Assembly: GCF_023055435.1 (NCBI RefSeq)
Contig: NW_025963868.1
Span: 23,870,001 to 23,934,000, forward strand
Length of the DNA: 64,000 nucleotides
Direction: 5' to 3'
Source: Haliotis rufescens
Taxonomy: Eukaryota
The translations under genes and the position numbers were made by a program. Positions 1 to 13,058 of the stretch are shown one piece after another (position 1 is the first letter of the stretch; the number at the start of each line of letters is the position of its first letter). A model generated the notes under the pieces. That model was not told where the DNA came from. It saw only the letters and a list, made by a program, of their open reading frames with translations, and searched no databases.

Positions 1-880
1 AGAATGAATAAAAGATCTGCCAGACTCGGTTCTATGTCACTGAACCCCAAAAATTCAGTATTGGTGTTGTCTTTGTATCAAAACATTTGAAGTAAAAGTG
101 AGGCGAGTATGTTTTCAAGGAATGTATAGTTACTGATTAAAAGGACCATGAACACCTTTCTTGCCTGAATTGCAATATTTAAGCATTCGACCTCAGTAAT
201 CTATTGCTAAAATACAAGCCAAGATAACTGTATCCAGTAACTACTTCAAACGCATTTCCATCATAATACCATTTTTTTCATAACGTGATAAACCTTCCCT
301 ATTTTTGAAAAACAACTATTTTTGTTTTCGATAGATTGACTGGCATTTCATATTTACAACAGTCATCATGCAATATATTCAAGTTCATTTGTCATTGTTG
401 AAAGTATTGCCAAACACAAACAGAAGCAGAACAAGATAAATAAATTCCGGATGTAACTCAATACCAAAACGACAATTTTGTTCCATTTCAGTAACCGGTT
501 CGTTTATAAAAAAAACTGAAACAAAAAGGGACAAAGCATACACCCATGCCCCACACCCATGAAGCAACAAATGTACCAGATACTCTGTTATTTGAACGAA
601 CACAAGCCTTTACATTACTGTACATGGATTGTAACATTTTACCCATTTTGGCGCTTAAAACATGTTTGTACAATGGCTTCCATAGATGTCGTCAAGGCCA
701 GCTGATTTATTATGTTTCTTGGCACTGATGTTTTCAAAAATTTCGGATCTGGTGATTGGGGATTCTAATATGTCAGTTTTTGCACATAACCTTGACATGT
801 CAATATGTCTTCCACCTCGCCAAGATTATCCTGAATACCCATTGGTTCAGAATTCAGTGACGAGAAATAGACTCCCCAGT
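1..880 (-). mobile_element. Degenerate LINE reverse transcriptase fragment (RTE-X-like)
   Basis: Minus-strand peptides in broken frames: ESPITRSEI..NKSAGLDDI, KMLQSMYSNVKACVR, VNLSKTKIVVF, WYYDGNAFEVVTGYSYLGLYFS, QARKVF. Confidence 0.65.
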
Positions 881-3800
881 CTTGTATATCAATAGGGTTG
901 GGTCGTTGCGGTCGTCCAGACACACACTTTATGATGTCCTAGGAACGTTTAGAGTCCACCGCTGCTGCATTTTCTGGGTCACTCCTTTTACATTGTGCAA
1001 ACTGGTCCTTCTTGATTCAACAGCTATCTGTATTCATTGCAAACTTTGTTATACTTAATAAGGTATGAGTTATCTTTAGTTTCTTCTGAACGCATTTAAA
1101 AAATGGCACCGCAGAGTTGCGTCCCTTGGGAACGCCAGAAACCTATGATTGTGGGTTTGTCAGCCCCATACCCGTGCTCGTGGGTTTCACCGAAGTGGTA
1201 AACGTCTGAGACCTGCATCACTCCGGGCTTTCCTCCCACATTCAGCTGACACCCAGAGATATAACTGGAATACTATTAAAAGCGACGTTAAACCCAACTC
1301 ACTCACTCACTCACTAAATGCCCAATAAATGTACAGTCACCGATCAGATAATCAGTTCCAAATCTTCCATTTGCAATATGTATGTTCAGAATTGAACACA
1401 TTTCCAAAAGAGTTTTTCCAAAGTTAATTAGTAATTTATCACATGAATATCTTTCCATCTCAAATTGTGTAAAAAATATTCTAAGTAATTATTAATTTCA
1501 ACATGGTGAATAACATCGTTCTCCACATAGTCCCGCGTCACACCGGTTCTACTGTTCATGTACAATGGACCTGTGAATATCCGGGGTAGAATTTGACTTC
1601 AGGAACCCATGCTTGCCGTAAAAGGCAACAAACGGGATCGGGTGGTCTCGCTGACTTGGTTGATGCATGTCATCATATCCGAAATGCGTGGATCGATGCT
1701 CATGATGTCAATCACTGGATTGTCTGGTCCAGACTCGATTATTTACAGACCGCCGTCATATACATGTACCTGGAATATTGCTGAGTGCGGCGTTAAACAA
1801 CAAACAAACAAATCCAAGTACAATGATACAAACACCTGGGTACTCTTCCAGTGAACTCAATCAAAAATACAACAAAATCTCTAACCCATTTTGTCTATCT
1901 TTGTTATCATACAAGGTCGATCTCTCCGGTTGGATATATGTAAACACACATAATGTAGCTCTACTGAAACCAAATATTTTTATCCAATAGAACAGTAACA
2001 GCATGTTCTCTGTATCAAACATCAACAACATATCGTAACAGTGAATCTTTTATCAAAAGTATTCCTCCCGAATACCTCCCGAACTTGGACCTTTTTGTGG
2101 CTGGTAAACAAAAATTTATATCCTGGAAAAATGTCACCAAAGTAATTTCTATTGACTATGGTGCATATAAAGCAACAATGTCATGTTCAGATACAAAAGA
2201 GACAAAGCCAATGTCGGGCAGTTTTTTGGTTAAATTTCTATATTCCTTGCAAGGTAAGATATGTTTTTGCATAACCTTCGACCTTGACGGCAGCACCCGC
2301 TCCTGATCCACAGTTGACGATCTGCGACTGGAGCCGACAACTGATGCGCATCACCTTCCAGAGTAGTAGCTGGCATGTCCTCAATAATGAGTCTGCCATT
2401 CTTATAATAGCCCCTCTTGTTCTCAGATCTGAGCAAAGTCAGTTTCTCACGCTGTCGCTTTTACGAATAATTGCAAGAAACCGAGCAAAAACAATAAAAA
2501 ACGTGAAAATAGCAAAACGGATCCTATATTTCCAATCAAACTTTGTTTATAAGAATATTTTATATTAAGGAGCGATATGTACGATATTAACCCTTAATGT
2601 AAAAAAAATAATTTGTACATTAAGGGTTGTGGGTTGTTACTCTTCATGTTAAAACAGGATATTATTCTGGTTTGGGGGTCACTGGCCTCAAGGACAGAAA
2701 TAAAGTTTGTTTTGTTTGTCTGTTGTTTAACTCCGCTCCCAACAATATTCCAGCTATTTGACGGAGGTCCTAAATTATCGAGTCTGGACCAGATAATCCA
2801 GTGATTGACATCATGAGCATTGATCAACGCAATTGGGATACAATGACATGCATCAACCAAGTCGACGAGCCTAATCCCCCGATCACGTTAGTCGCCTTCT
2901 ACGACAAGCATAATCGCCTTTAACGGCAAGCCTGGGTTGCTGAAGACCTATTCTACCCCAGATCTTCACGGGTCACAGAAAAATAAAGAATTGAGTTGAA
3001 TCAATGATCGAACATTTTGAGAAACATCTAACGAGAGTTCCCGTAACATAGATGCATAGATAAACATCAAGACGAACATTAGCGTTCATTTATAGGTAGA
3101 CCAACATAGACACATTTGACTGGTATTCACTGATACCACTAGCAGTGCAAGGGCGTATGTAATAAAACACTAAATCAACAACAGTGAGAAGTGTAAATAT
3201 GTGCGTATCAAACAGAGTGGTATGTTTATGTGCATGCACTCGGTGATTAGGTTCTAGTCAATAGTGCACCCATCACAAGGCGAAACAAAATGAAGACGGG
3301 GTTAGGTGTATAGCCCAGCGAAATGTGATGACACCAAAGTATGACCCAAGCCTAATGATAATGATAATTTTATGTAAATAGCATCATGAATTGTTTACGG
3401 AAACAAGAATTTGAGCATGAAGGCATCGGCGTGTCTCTTTAAATCATTCTCGTCAGTCATTTTTATTGCCAAATTTCACACGAAGAAGACACTGTTATGC
3501 ATGCTGCGGACATATTAAACACTTTAATTGTATGTCAGTTTGTGTTGGTTGGTGTTCGTGGTGCATGGTGGGAATTAAATTAAAAAGTCTCTCCCCGGTT
3601 TTTTTTGCAACCATTAAAAAAACGTCTTATCTCCCTCCTTACTTAAAAAACATGTGCCCGAGAAATATATATTAATATAATGCAGCTTTGGGTTTCTCTC
3701 GTGTTTGAAATATGCCCACCACCTGATAAAGTTGAATTTAGACTTAGCCGTTTTGGCGTTTTACATAACATTAGCAGAGAGTTTGTTTTGTCCTCGTTGG

Positions 3801-4689
3801 TTTCTTGTTAATATAGTTAGGTTCAAATATGACATTCACCATCTGTAGCCTCCTCAGCCTGATAACAAGAAGTACAATTTTATTTACAGATATACAGATA
3901 CCTTAATGGCCCGTCATAATTACCTTTGTTAGGTGATATTTTAACTTGTGAAAGAAAACACTCACATATTCTTTTCAAAGCATTTTTGGTTTGCAGACTG
4001 AAACTCAGATAAGGACTTTCTCTGTTACGAAGGGCACTTTGTGTGAAATATTCTATTTTAACATTACAACGGAAAAAATGTAATACGTTGCGAGCTGTGA
4101 GAACGTGGCAGATGTTTAGATAACGTTTGTAGTGTTTACAACAAAAGCTTCAGGCTTCACATTCCATTCCGTTCATAGCAAATAAATGCATACATATTTC
4201 GTTATATAAGACAGCAACGCGATAAGAACAATGAAGAACGAGGCTTGGTTTGTTTCACAATTAAACACTATTTTCGAACGTACGCTCACAACTTAAATTT
4301 GACGGTGCTATTGTTAGAGTTTAGTGAGTTGTTCCCCTTAGATGAAGCTGGGCAACGCAGAGAACTGTAATGGTCAAACGATCGCATCCACAAGTGGGCG
4401 AGACATGGTCATCTGTAATAGGAAAGGAACGGATAATGGTCGCCAAGTATCAAGTCGGCACGTTCTCTTTATACTGACAATTGTAACCTACATATTTATA
4501 AAATGGATATCTCCGACATTGCCGAGATCGGATTGTATGCAGAGAGTCATCCTTATTTAAATACGGGTAAATATTTTTAAAGCTTGTACATTTTATTAAC
4601 ATCCTCAAAGGGGCTGAAAATAATGTTGATTTCCCATATAAATGATGGCTACAAAACCCTTTTCATATTCATACTAAATCTCTGACAAA

Positions 4690-5000
4690 AGCAGAGTCGA
4701 TTGTCCGATTCCGACTATATCATGAGCATGTGTATATGAATCACTTTCAAATAGTGATGATTTTCCAGGTTTTCGCGAAAAGGTGAGCCTATCCTGCCCC
4801 ACCGGTGGCCCGTCACAAACACATGCAAAGGCAAGTCAATCGTTAACCTAAAAAAACACGGGAGCATAGTCAAAATAGGGAATTGCATCGGACATAATTT
4901 TGTAACTGATACGTTAAATTTGGAAATGTCCTCCACATGTCTACCATGCCATGTTTTGAAAGCTTTACTGAGGGAGAACCAACCACTCGGGGCTTATGAT
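4690..5000 (-). mobile_element. Second fragment of the same Penelope-like element
   Basis: The reverse complement matches about 6620-6770 (ATTATGTCCGATGCAAT.CCCTATTTTGACT, TTGACTTGCCT.TGCATGTGTTTGTGACGGG). Outer boundaries approximate. Confidence 0.55.
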
Positions 5001-6071
5001 TTATTCTCCCTGGTGTGTTTTACAGAACGACAAACAACTCTCCCTCGTAGTTTATGTCTTGCCAGAGCGCGGTTGATATTTAGATGTGTAGTGAAACCAT
5101 GTTAATTTTAACACAAAGGGGTTTGGGGGTAGCGACTACTGGGTGGGGAATTGGGTGGGAGGGGGGGGGGGGGGGGGGGAGGGGGGTTGAGTAGGGATGC
5201 AACCAAGTGGGTTAGAGAAGCGACCAAATCTTTGGTTAATGAGCTACTTCGCTCCGATTTTGGTATTTGGGCTGGTGAAATATTCACTCCTGTTTCATCA
5301 AGGTACTGGTCTACATCCCGTGTCACTTTGGCTTGTGAACTTTCTGGTGCTTGTGTTTTAGGTGGTAATCAGAAAACACACTGTTAGTTCTATGAGTGAA
5401 TATTGAAAGGATGGTTTCAGTTATCAAACTGTAGCGTTGTATCCTATTCTGTCAAAGTTTGGAGTAAGTGAGTGACTATGGTTTTCGGGAACACCACGTC
5501 CGGGGATTCCAGAAAGTGGTACTTTGTACCCCTGTGGTGTGTCGTCCGCCGACCCGTTTCACAAAACGATGAAAGCGATCCGACTTTCGTAATACCCCTA
5601 CTGTTACATAGGGTAACAATAGTCGTCACGCTACAATCGCTGTNNNNNNNNNNNNNNNNNNNNNNNNNNNNNNNNNNNNNNNNNNNNNNNNNNNNNNNNN
5701 NNNNNNNNNNNNNNNNNNNNNNNNNNNNNNNNNNNNNNNNNNNNNNNNNNNNNNNNNNNNNNNNNNNNNNNNNNNNNNNNNNNNNNNNNNNNNNNNNNNN
5801 NNNNNNNNNNNNNNNNNNNNNNNNNNNNNNNNNNNNNNNNNNNNNNNNNNNNNNNNNNNGTCACTTACTGGTACATAAATAGATAAGTGCCAACTTTACA
5901 TTTATTATCACATTAGAAGTTCAAAAAGGTGACTTCAGCTCGAGGCCATGGTGATCTATGCACCTTGAGATTAGAAAATGTTATGGAAATTTATATAAGT
6001 TTTACAAGAGCACATACCAGAACAGTGTGTGTGATTCTTGGACACCGAAGGGACTACATGCAGCTGGCAAC

Positions 6072-6203
6072 ATGCGTGCCGCCCACATCGTGACATGGCT
6101 GTCCTCCTGTCTGCCGTTGGTGCAATGCGACGAGACTATCACCATCTTCCCTGAGTTGCTGAAGATTGGAGATGGCGTTAACTTTGACCATGGACGCTGG
6201 AAC
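6072..6203 (+). pseudogene. Truncated exon 1 of a C/E-type GH86-like gene
   Basis: MRAAHIVTW...FDHGRWN, after which homology stops. 5860-6203 is an inverted near-copy of the gene C promoter and exon 1 (about 37937-38281). Confidence 0.8.
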
Positions 6204-6800
6204 TATATCGATGATCTGATACCGTTCAATAACCAACAAATTGCCAATTTCCTTCCACTGATTTACCCATCGGAACTAGAAATAAAGGAGACCAGTGCGA
6301 CCGCTCATCTGTTTCATATTTAGATCCATGCATAAAGATTCAGTGAAACAAAACACGCTCCAGAAGAGCTGTCTGACAAGAGGCTGACTTAACCTTTCCA
6401 ATAGTCAACTTTCCCTTCACGTCGAGCAATATTCTTGCCGCTCCAGCACTTGGTGTGTACATTTCACAACTTCTAAAGGGCAATCCAGCATGCTCGTTCT
6501 GCCAAGATTTCAAAGAGCGTCATACAAGCTTTGCTCATATTGTTTGATCAAGGTTGCAACATTCAAGGTTTCAATATAGCTTTCAAAAAATCATTTCCAA
6601 ATTTGACGTGTCGCTGAAAAACATTATGTCCGATGCAATGCCCTATTTTGACTTGTACCATATGTTTCTGTGTAAACAATTTTTCACGTGAACAATTGAC
6701 TTGCCTCTGCATGTGTTTGTGACGGGTGCTACCTGTGAGGCAGGATACCCGCGAACACCTGGTATTATTATTTTTTGACAGTGATTCATAAACACATGCT
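6204..6800 (+). mobile_element. Penelope-like retroelement RT fragment (degenerate)
   Basis: YIDDLIPFNN..IYPSELEIKET, then DKR..FPIVNFPFTSSNILAAPALGVYISQL. The 3' part (6620-6765) recurs inverted at about 4760-4900. Confidence 0.7.
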
Positions 6801-6809
6801 CATGATATA

Positions 6810-8337
6810 AACTGACGGCCAAAAGAAACGTTACCAACATTAACTGATTTGCCACTTTGAAACAAAGATGCCAACCTGTTCAAAAACAGTAAAGAACACA
6901 TCTCACGAATACAGCCTTCATGTTCTCTGTCGTTCTTTGCACGTGCTTTGCGGATTTTGGGAGATATTGGTGTTTTTCAGCAGTTTTTTAAAACATTCTT
7001 TCTCAAATTATCGTGCAATTTCCGGGTATAAATTACGCACGGATCTGTTCCCTATCATTGGTTGCGATGATTAACACCAACGAACACGCCAAGACTGACC
7101 GCTGTCCAGAGGGAGAGAGCCATAGGTATGCTGCAGATGGGAGCGACACAGAGAGCGGTTGCCATTAACGTGAACTGCTCCAAGATGACCATTACCAGAC
7201 TGGTCGCACGTCTCCGACAGACTGGCAGAACCGCAGACAGACCATGGAGTGGCAGACCAAAGGTCACGACCCCGCAGGATGACCGCTATTTACGGGTACT
7301 TCATCTGAGGAACAGATTTCTTACTGTGACGTCATCAGCTGCCAACAGCTTAGGACATCCGGTCAGCAGACAAACAGTGACCAGACGACTACGAAATTAT
7401 GGTCTCCGGGCTTATCGCCCTTTCAAGGGCATGACCTTGACCCGTCAACATCGACGTGCCAGATTGACGTGGTGCAGGCAAACTCAGCGATGGCAACAAA
7501 GGCAATAGCGGCGAGTGCTGTTTAGTGACGAGAGCAGGTTCCAACTCTTCAAACCTGATGGGCGGACGCGAGTTTATCGACGACGCGGTGAACGTACGGC
7601 TCCTTGTTGTGTCCAGGAGGTGGAACCTTACGGGGGCGGAAGTGTGATGGTCTGGGGCGGCATTTGCAGGGACGTGAAGACGGAACTTGTCATCATCGAA
7701 GGCAATCTGACAGCACAACGCTACGTTGACAATATCTTACGGCCAGTGGTTCTTCCTTCATCCAGCGTCAACAACGGACGGTGTTCCAACAAGATAAGGC
7801 CACACCCCACAAAGCCCGTATTACTGGAGACTTCCTCAACGCCAACAACGTGACTGTCCTGCCGTGGCCAGCTCGATCACCAGATCTGTCACCCATAGAA
7901 CATCTCTGGGACCAGCTGGGGCGTCGTCTTCAGAAACGTCAACATCCTCCCCTTACGAGACAAGCGTTGATCGTTGCCCTTCGTGAGGAATGGAATCGGA
8001 TACCTGCAGTCGATGTGAGGACGCTTGTCTACTCAGTTCGACGCCGCATTCGAAGATGCATTGCCGCTCATGGAGGTCATATCCCGTATTGAACGGTCTG
8101 GGCCGTCGTCACCTTATAGTTGTAACCAATGTTGTTGATCGAATACTGGACGAATGACCCCTTGTCAAGAAATGTCCCTGTTGGAGGTCAATGACTTTGT
8201 TGTTGAATTAGTAAATTCGCATTTTACTGTTCTTAATGATGAATTTCTACAATACAATTGTTATTGCTGCTTCAAATTGTGTTGGTCATATCTTATCCTA
8301 GAAATATCGTTGGTAACGTTTCTTTTGGCCCTAAGTT
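6810..8337 (+). mobile_element. Full-length, inactivated Tc1-family DNA transposon
   Basis: 29-bp TIRs (AACTGACGGCCAAAAGAAACGTTACCAAC, 2 mismatches) flanked by TA at 6808-6809 and 8338-8339. Transposase at 7086-8092 with start ATG>ACG, stop at 7506-7508 and a frameshift near 7760. FSDE, QQDKATPH and SPDLSPIEHLW motifs (DD34E type). Confidence 0.92.
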
Positions 8338-8518
8338 TAGTCGGAATTATACAATTGACTTTGCTATATTTTTTCTATTGAATATGTAAAGGGTTTTGCC
8401 GCTTTCATTATTATTATCAAACACACACATTTACTTCACTTTGTAACATATTTAAGCACAACTGTTAAGTTTTTGATAAATTTTATTCAGTTATTGGTTT
8501 TCCTCACATGTACCACCC

Positions 8519-10101
8519 TCAGTGACTTCCAACGATCACTGCCACAGTAGACAGATAACCCCCAGCCTCAGAGAAGCTAAGTTTGACGTCGTTGTTGTGT
8601 TGATGTAGCATGTTGTTGGGGACGTTGTACTCAAAGACCTCCCATACAGTGTCTTCACCAGCGCCGCTGTGGGTCTGCAGAGAGTAGAAGGACGTCAAGG
8701 TGTGAGTGTTAACAACCACCGTCTTTAGTTTCTGATGTGGAGACTTCATGCTGAAACTGACACTAACCCTCAGACGAACAAAGTCAATATTTCCAACGCG
8801 CGGGACGTTTACTTTAACATCGACGACGATGTTGTGAATGGGGACTACCATGTCGGGGGAGTAGTAGGTGTTCTGTGTCACAGTCGGAGCATGGGCAAAG
8901 TTGTGGGTTGTGTGGAATTGGAAGTAACAACTCGCTTCAGCAGGAACGGTTACCATGGAGTTCGTGACGTGAACTGGTTGGTTTGTAGCTAGAGTTGGTT
9001 TCTTTTGTGCGTTTAGATATTCACAGGTGGACTTTCCACTTGTGGGATGAAACCAACCTTTGTCAAAATGTAGCGTTACATGACTTGGCTTTTGGTCATG
9101 GTTATGGAGAAGAATGTTAAGACCGCCGTTCCTTTGATCAACTAAAACGTGGGGCACAATATTTCTCTCACTGTTATGGAACTGACTGTCTACTCGCAAG
9201 TATGTCATTGTGTCATAGAAGGACTTCCAGAACTTGAAAGCTTGGGCAATGTCCCTCTCGTTGTGGTTTTTATCAAGGATGCTGTAGTTAATACTTGCCT
9301 GCCCAAGTCGATCGGTATATGTGAGCAAGAAAGCTACCGCTTTTCTCATGACATCCCGACGTTGAAGAAAGGTGAATATCTGGGAATTATGTTGATAAAT
9401 ATACGCCCAGTCAAGAAAGGTGGATGGTTTTTGTACATCAAGTCCTGAAACCTGACCGAGACCAAATTCACTGACAATGATATCAATCAATTTACCTTTC
9501 TTCTTATTAGAATAGCTCTCAACGAGATCCAGAAGACCAAAGAGCTTAGCTTCGGAACTCCCGTGGAAATAGTGTGAGCCTCCACTCACATCCATGCTTG
9601 TGTAGGAATGAAATGAGAAAAAGTCTAAATGGTTCAGAGCCATGTCCAGAAATTCGGCATCTCTCTTCCAATTCCGGAAGTCGTTACGATCGAACAACAT
9701 AGAAGCTCCAGTTAACGTAGGCCCTCCGACCTTCATATTGGGATATTTTGCCTTAATCTTCTGAGCTACTGCCTGATGAAATGTGATAAAGGTAGTCCAG
9801 TTTGTGTTCTTCCATTGACTTTCTGGTTCATTGATGACTTCGAAGAACTGAGGTGGTTTTCCCTTGGATCCTTTGTTGACTGCGTCGATCAGCAGGAAGA
9901 CGAACTCGGCTGCAGCATCGATGTTGTTAGGGAAGAATCCGTGGTGGGCTGAGGTGTCAAGCCAGTGAGGCCAAGTGATACCTGGATACAAAACCATTAT
10001 TGTTTGTAACGACAGTGAAATATCGATGCGATGCGGTCAACTTTATCGACTATAGATAGTTTGGATATTAATATGCTGAGAATAAGCACATAAGTGTTAA
10101 T

Positions 10102-10173
<72 letters not shown>

Positions 10174-12564
10174 CGTCAGTCCATGTACTTCACAGGTTTG
10201 CATAAACTACGTCCCCTCGTGTATAGACCGCGTATAGTCATTATTTAACTAACAAATCAAACAACGGTATAGCTCATGTCAGAGGAGAAATAGCGAGTGC
10301 TCTGACCAATCAATTTCATGCAATATTTATTATGCAGCCATCTGCTCAAGACATTGCTTCATTTTAAGACAGTGCTTAAGACATATGCACATGTGCTATA
10401 AACGGCACCATGTCATTAGTTAACTACAAATAGTCACACGTCTGTACACACACTTAAGGGCAAATGTATTCACGGGGGATGGAGCAAGCTGGTAAACATC
10501 ACCAGTACACCGAGGACGTGTTATCCTGTTATTGAATGGAATTCAATTTGTCTGCAGATTTCTCCCTGAGCGACGTGGCCATGGCTTCCAACTGCACCAC
10601 GCCCTCTACAGGTACCTACCAGTATTGCCCTGTACCCTATATCCCCCGTGAACTTCCGGGTTAGAATTGGTCCTCAGCAGCCTCTTGTCGCACGAGGCGA
10701 CTAACGGGATCGGGTGGCCAGGATCGCTGATTGGCTGATTCATGTCGTCGTGTCCCAATTAATAATTGATGCTCATGATGTCAGTCACTAGATCCAGGCT
10801 CGACTATTTACAGACCGCTGTCTTATAGCTTGAATATTACTGAGTGTGGCANNNNNNNNNNNNNNNNNNNNNNNNNNNNNNNNNNNNNNNNNNNNNNNNN
10901 NNNNNNNNNNNNNNNNNNNNNNNNNNNNNNNNNNNNNNNNNNNNNNNNNNNNNNNNNNNNNNNNNNNNNNNNNNNNNNNNNNNNNNNNNNNNNNNNNNNN
11001 NNNNNNNNNNNNNNNNNNNNNNTCACCTCTCATTCTGAAAGAAAAGCCCTTATTGTCTTCTGAACATTTGACATTGTGTTGCATTTCATGTCCTACCATT
11101 TTGCTATCCCACCTGCCCCTTGGCTAATCAGAGCCTATCGCCTTCTATCAACAACCCTCAATGTATTTTATGAACACATTTAAGACACGTGAGCTTTAAT
11201 TCACAGTGAAAACTGAACTACCCTTTATTTCCATGACAACTTCTGGATGTTGATAACCATTCACATTGTCCAAGTATTTGGTGCAGATTTCGTTTTGATG
11301 GGCCTGAAAGTACTTCGGGTCAGGATAGCCCATTTTGTTGGGGTTCTCAGGTGCCTGACATGAAAGGTGATAGAGGGTTAGTCATTGATCTTTACCTTAT
11401 GACATAATATATACCTTAAACATTTTGTACAGATTACAGAGATAAAGGGAGTTAGACTGTTGGTAATAATATGCCTTTGGGGAATGTTTAGTGTAAGTGG
11501 AATCAGTGGAAAACAGTATCAGGACTACCATTGAAACCGACCATGAAGAAGCCGAACTATGGAAAATGTACACCCTTTCAATAGAAATAGCCACACAAAT
11601 TACAAACTTGACATACAATCTACAGATTACTGTCTTTTGTGGGCGATTTTTCGGACTTTTCACTGGATAGTATCTCTTTATTTAGCCTTTTGGCTTGGTG
11701 AAATGGATACACCATCAATTAGATATGTATTTTGGTCAATATTTATCAGAAATTTAGTTCAGTTTTTCCCCACATTCTGCTAATATAAAGTCAAAGCATT
11801 TCAGCATGACATTCCATTCCATTTCTAAATACATGAGTGACGTCATGTTTGACTGAAAATTAATGACTTTGTTGGGTTTCTTACGATGTTGATCAACATG
11901 TGTTTTCTGGTTTGCGGGTATAATTGAGTTTTTAATCATCAGAAATTTTAACATTTTAATTTTTAAACGTCAACGACAGAGAATAATCAGTCTCAAACAT
12001 AGTCCCAAAATAGATTCCCTTAATAGATTCCATATGGCATTAGGGCAAACAAAGTGTCGGACAATATGTGAATTGTTATAACGTCGTCGGTTCCAAAATT
12101 AATCATATTTCCGGGCAACACAAAACATTGAAAACTTATAATGTTATCTTCTTAATGTATAAACATAATAATTATACGGTAACCAAGTGCTAATGAAAAC
12201 ATAAAGAACGCCCCACCTTCTGAAATAATCCCTCTGCCAAATCTAAAAGTAATAATATATAAATGTCCTAAAAGGAGAAACATAATAATTATACGGTAAC
12301 CAATTGCTTATGAAATAATGCAATACGTCCCACCTTCTCAAACAGTCCACCTGCCAAATCTCTGTTCAACCACCTGGCTGTCGTTGCTCCAACCCCCTTA
12401 ACAAGAGGAATTGATGATGAGCTGTCCAATCCATTCTTCCCATTCCATCGACCGTGGTCGAAATGTGTAACTTTGCCAATCTTGAGAATTTCAGGATAAA
12501 TGGACACGGTGTAATCACATCTTGCGCTTGATAGAATGGACACGAAAAGTGTCAGACATTTCAT
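8519..12564 (-). CDS. GH86-like beta-porphyranase/beta-agarase, paralog A (secreted, 3 exons, 608 aa)
   Basis: Exons 12564-12334 (ATG MKCLTLFVSILSSARC signal peptide; AAG|GTGGGA), 11354-11222 (tgtcag|APENPNKMGYPDPKYF...VVMEIK G|GTAG) and 9981-8519 (tccag|GITWPHW...VGSH*). 231+133+1463=1827 nt, in frame. Clan GH-A motifs FFEVINEP and IVSEFG with the two Glu 120 aa apart, plus KVGGP and DFFSFHSY. AATAAA at 8487-8482. Confidence 0.85.
10103..10172. repeat. (CA)n microsatellite in gene A intron 2
   Basis: Perfect CA run. Confidence 0.95.
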
Positions 12565-12777
12565 CTCTGCTGCTTTCACGATAGATATCGCCTAACGAGA
12601 GAATCAGTGCCAATCTGTTGACAAGACTGTACCTTATATCCATGCATTGGAAAGAATGGTGCTATCTTATCAGTTGAACAATCCCTACAGTACATGTAGA
12701 CATTTTAACCATAAAAAGACGTCAGAGTGAGATTTAAAGCTAGTTCAGAAATAAATCCGTTCCGCACCAATACATGT

Positions 12778-13058
12778 GGGGTCACGGGTGGCCCAGTCGT
12801 CTAAGGCGCCTCGATTCGCTGTGCAGAGTTGCGACCCTTGGGCACGCCAGAAACCTATGATTGTGGGTTCGAATCCCGGTTCGCCCCGATTATGTTTCTA
12901 GGTTTGTCAGCACAATACCCGTGCTCGTGGGTTTCACCGAAGTGGTAAACGATTGAGACCAACATCATTTCGGGCTTTCCTCCCACATTAAGCTGACACG
13001 CCCTGATATAACTGGAATACTGTTAAAAGCGGCATTAAAACCAACTCACTCACTCACT
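12778..13058 (+). mobile_element. tRNA-derived SINE family 1, (ACTC)n tail
   Basis: A box TGGCCCAGTCGTCTAAGGC, B box GGTTCGAATCCC, body TTTCCTCCCAC, TSD CACCAATACAT. Other copies at about 1105-1315, 25217-25493, 42140-42373, 46117-46325, 56055-56313(-) and 61040-61115. Confidence 0.8.

Noticed and set aside
2285-2430. GC-richer island that could be an exon
   Set aside because: No recognisable product in any frame and no partner exons.
5108-5387. Poly-Pro/poly-Gly ORFs
   Set aside because: Produced by a poly-G tract at about 5151-5186.
5472-5882. ORFs containing long X runs (all six gaps)
   Set aside because: Artefacts of translating N.
8519-9997. The 492-502 aa ORFs as complete single-exon, bacterial-style genes or contamination
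   Set aside because: Their N-termini are intron read-through. Each has an AG acceptor and two upstream exons that supply the signal peptide.
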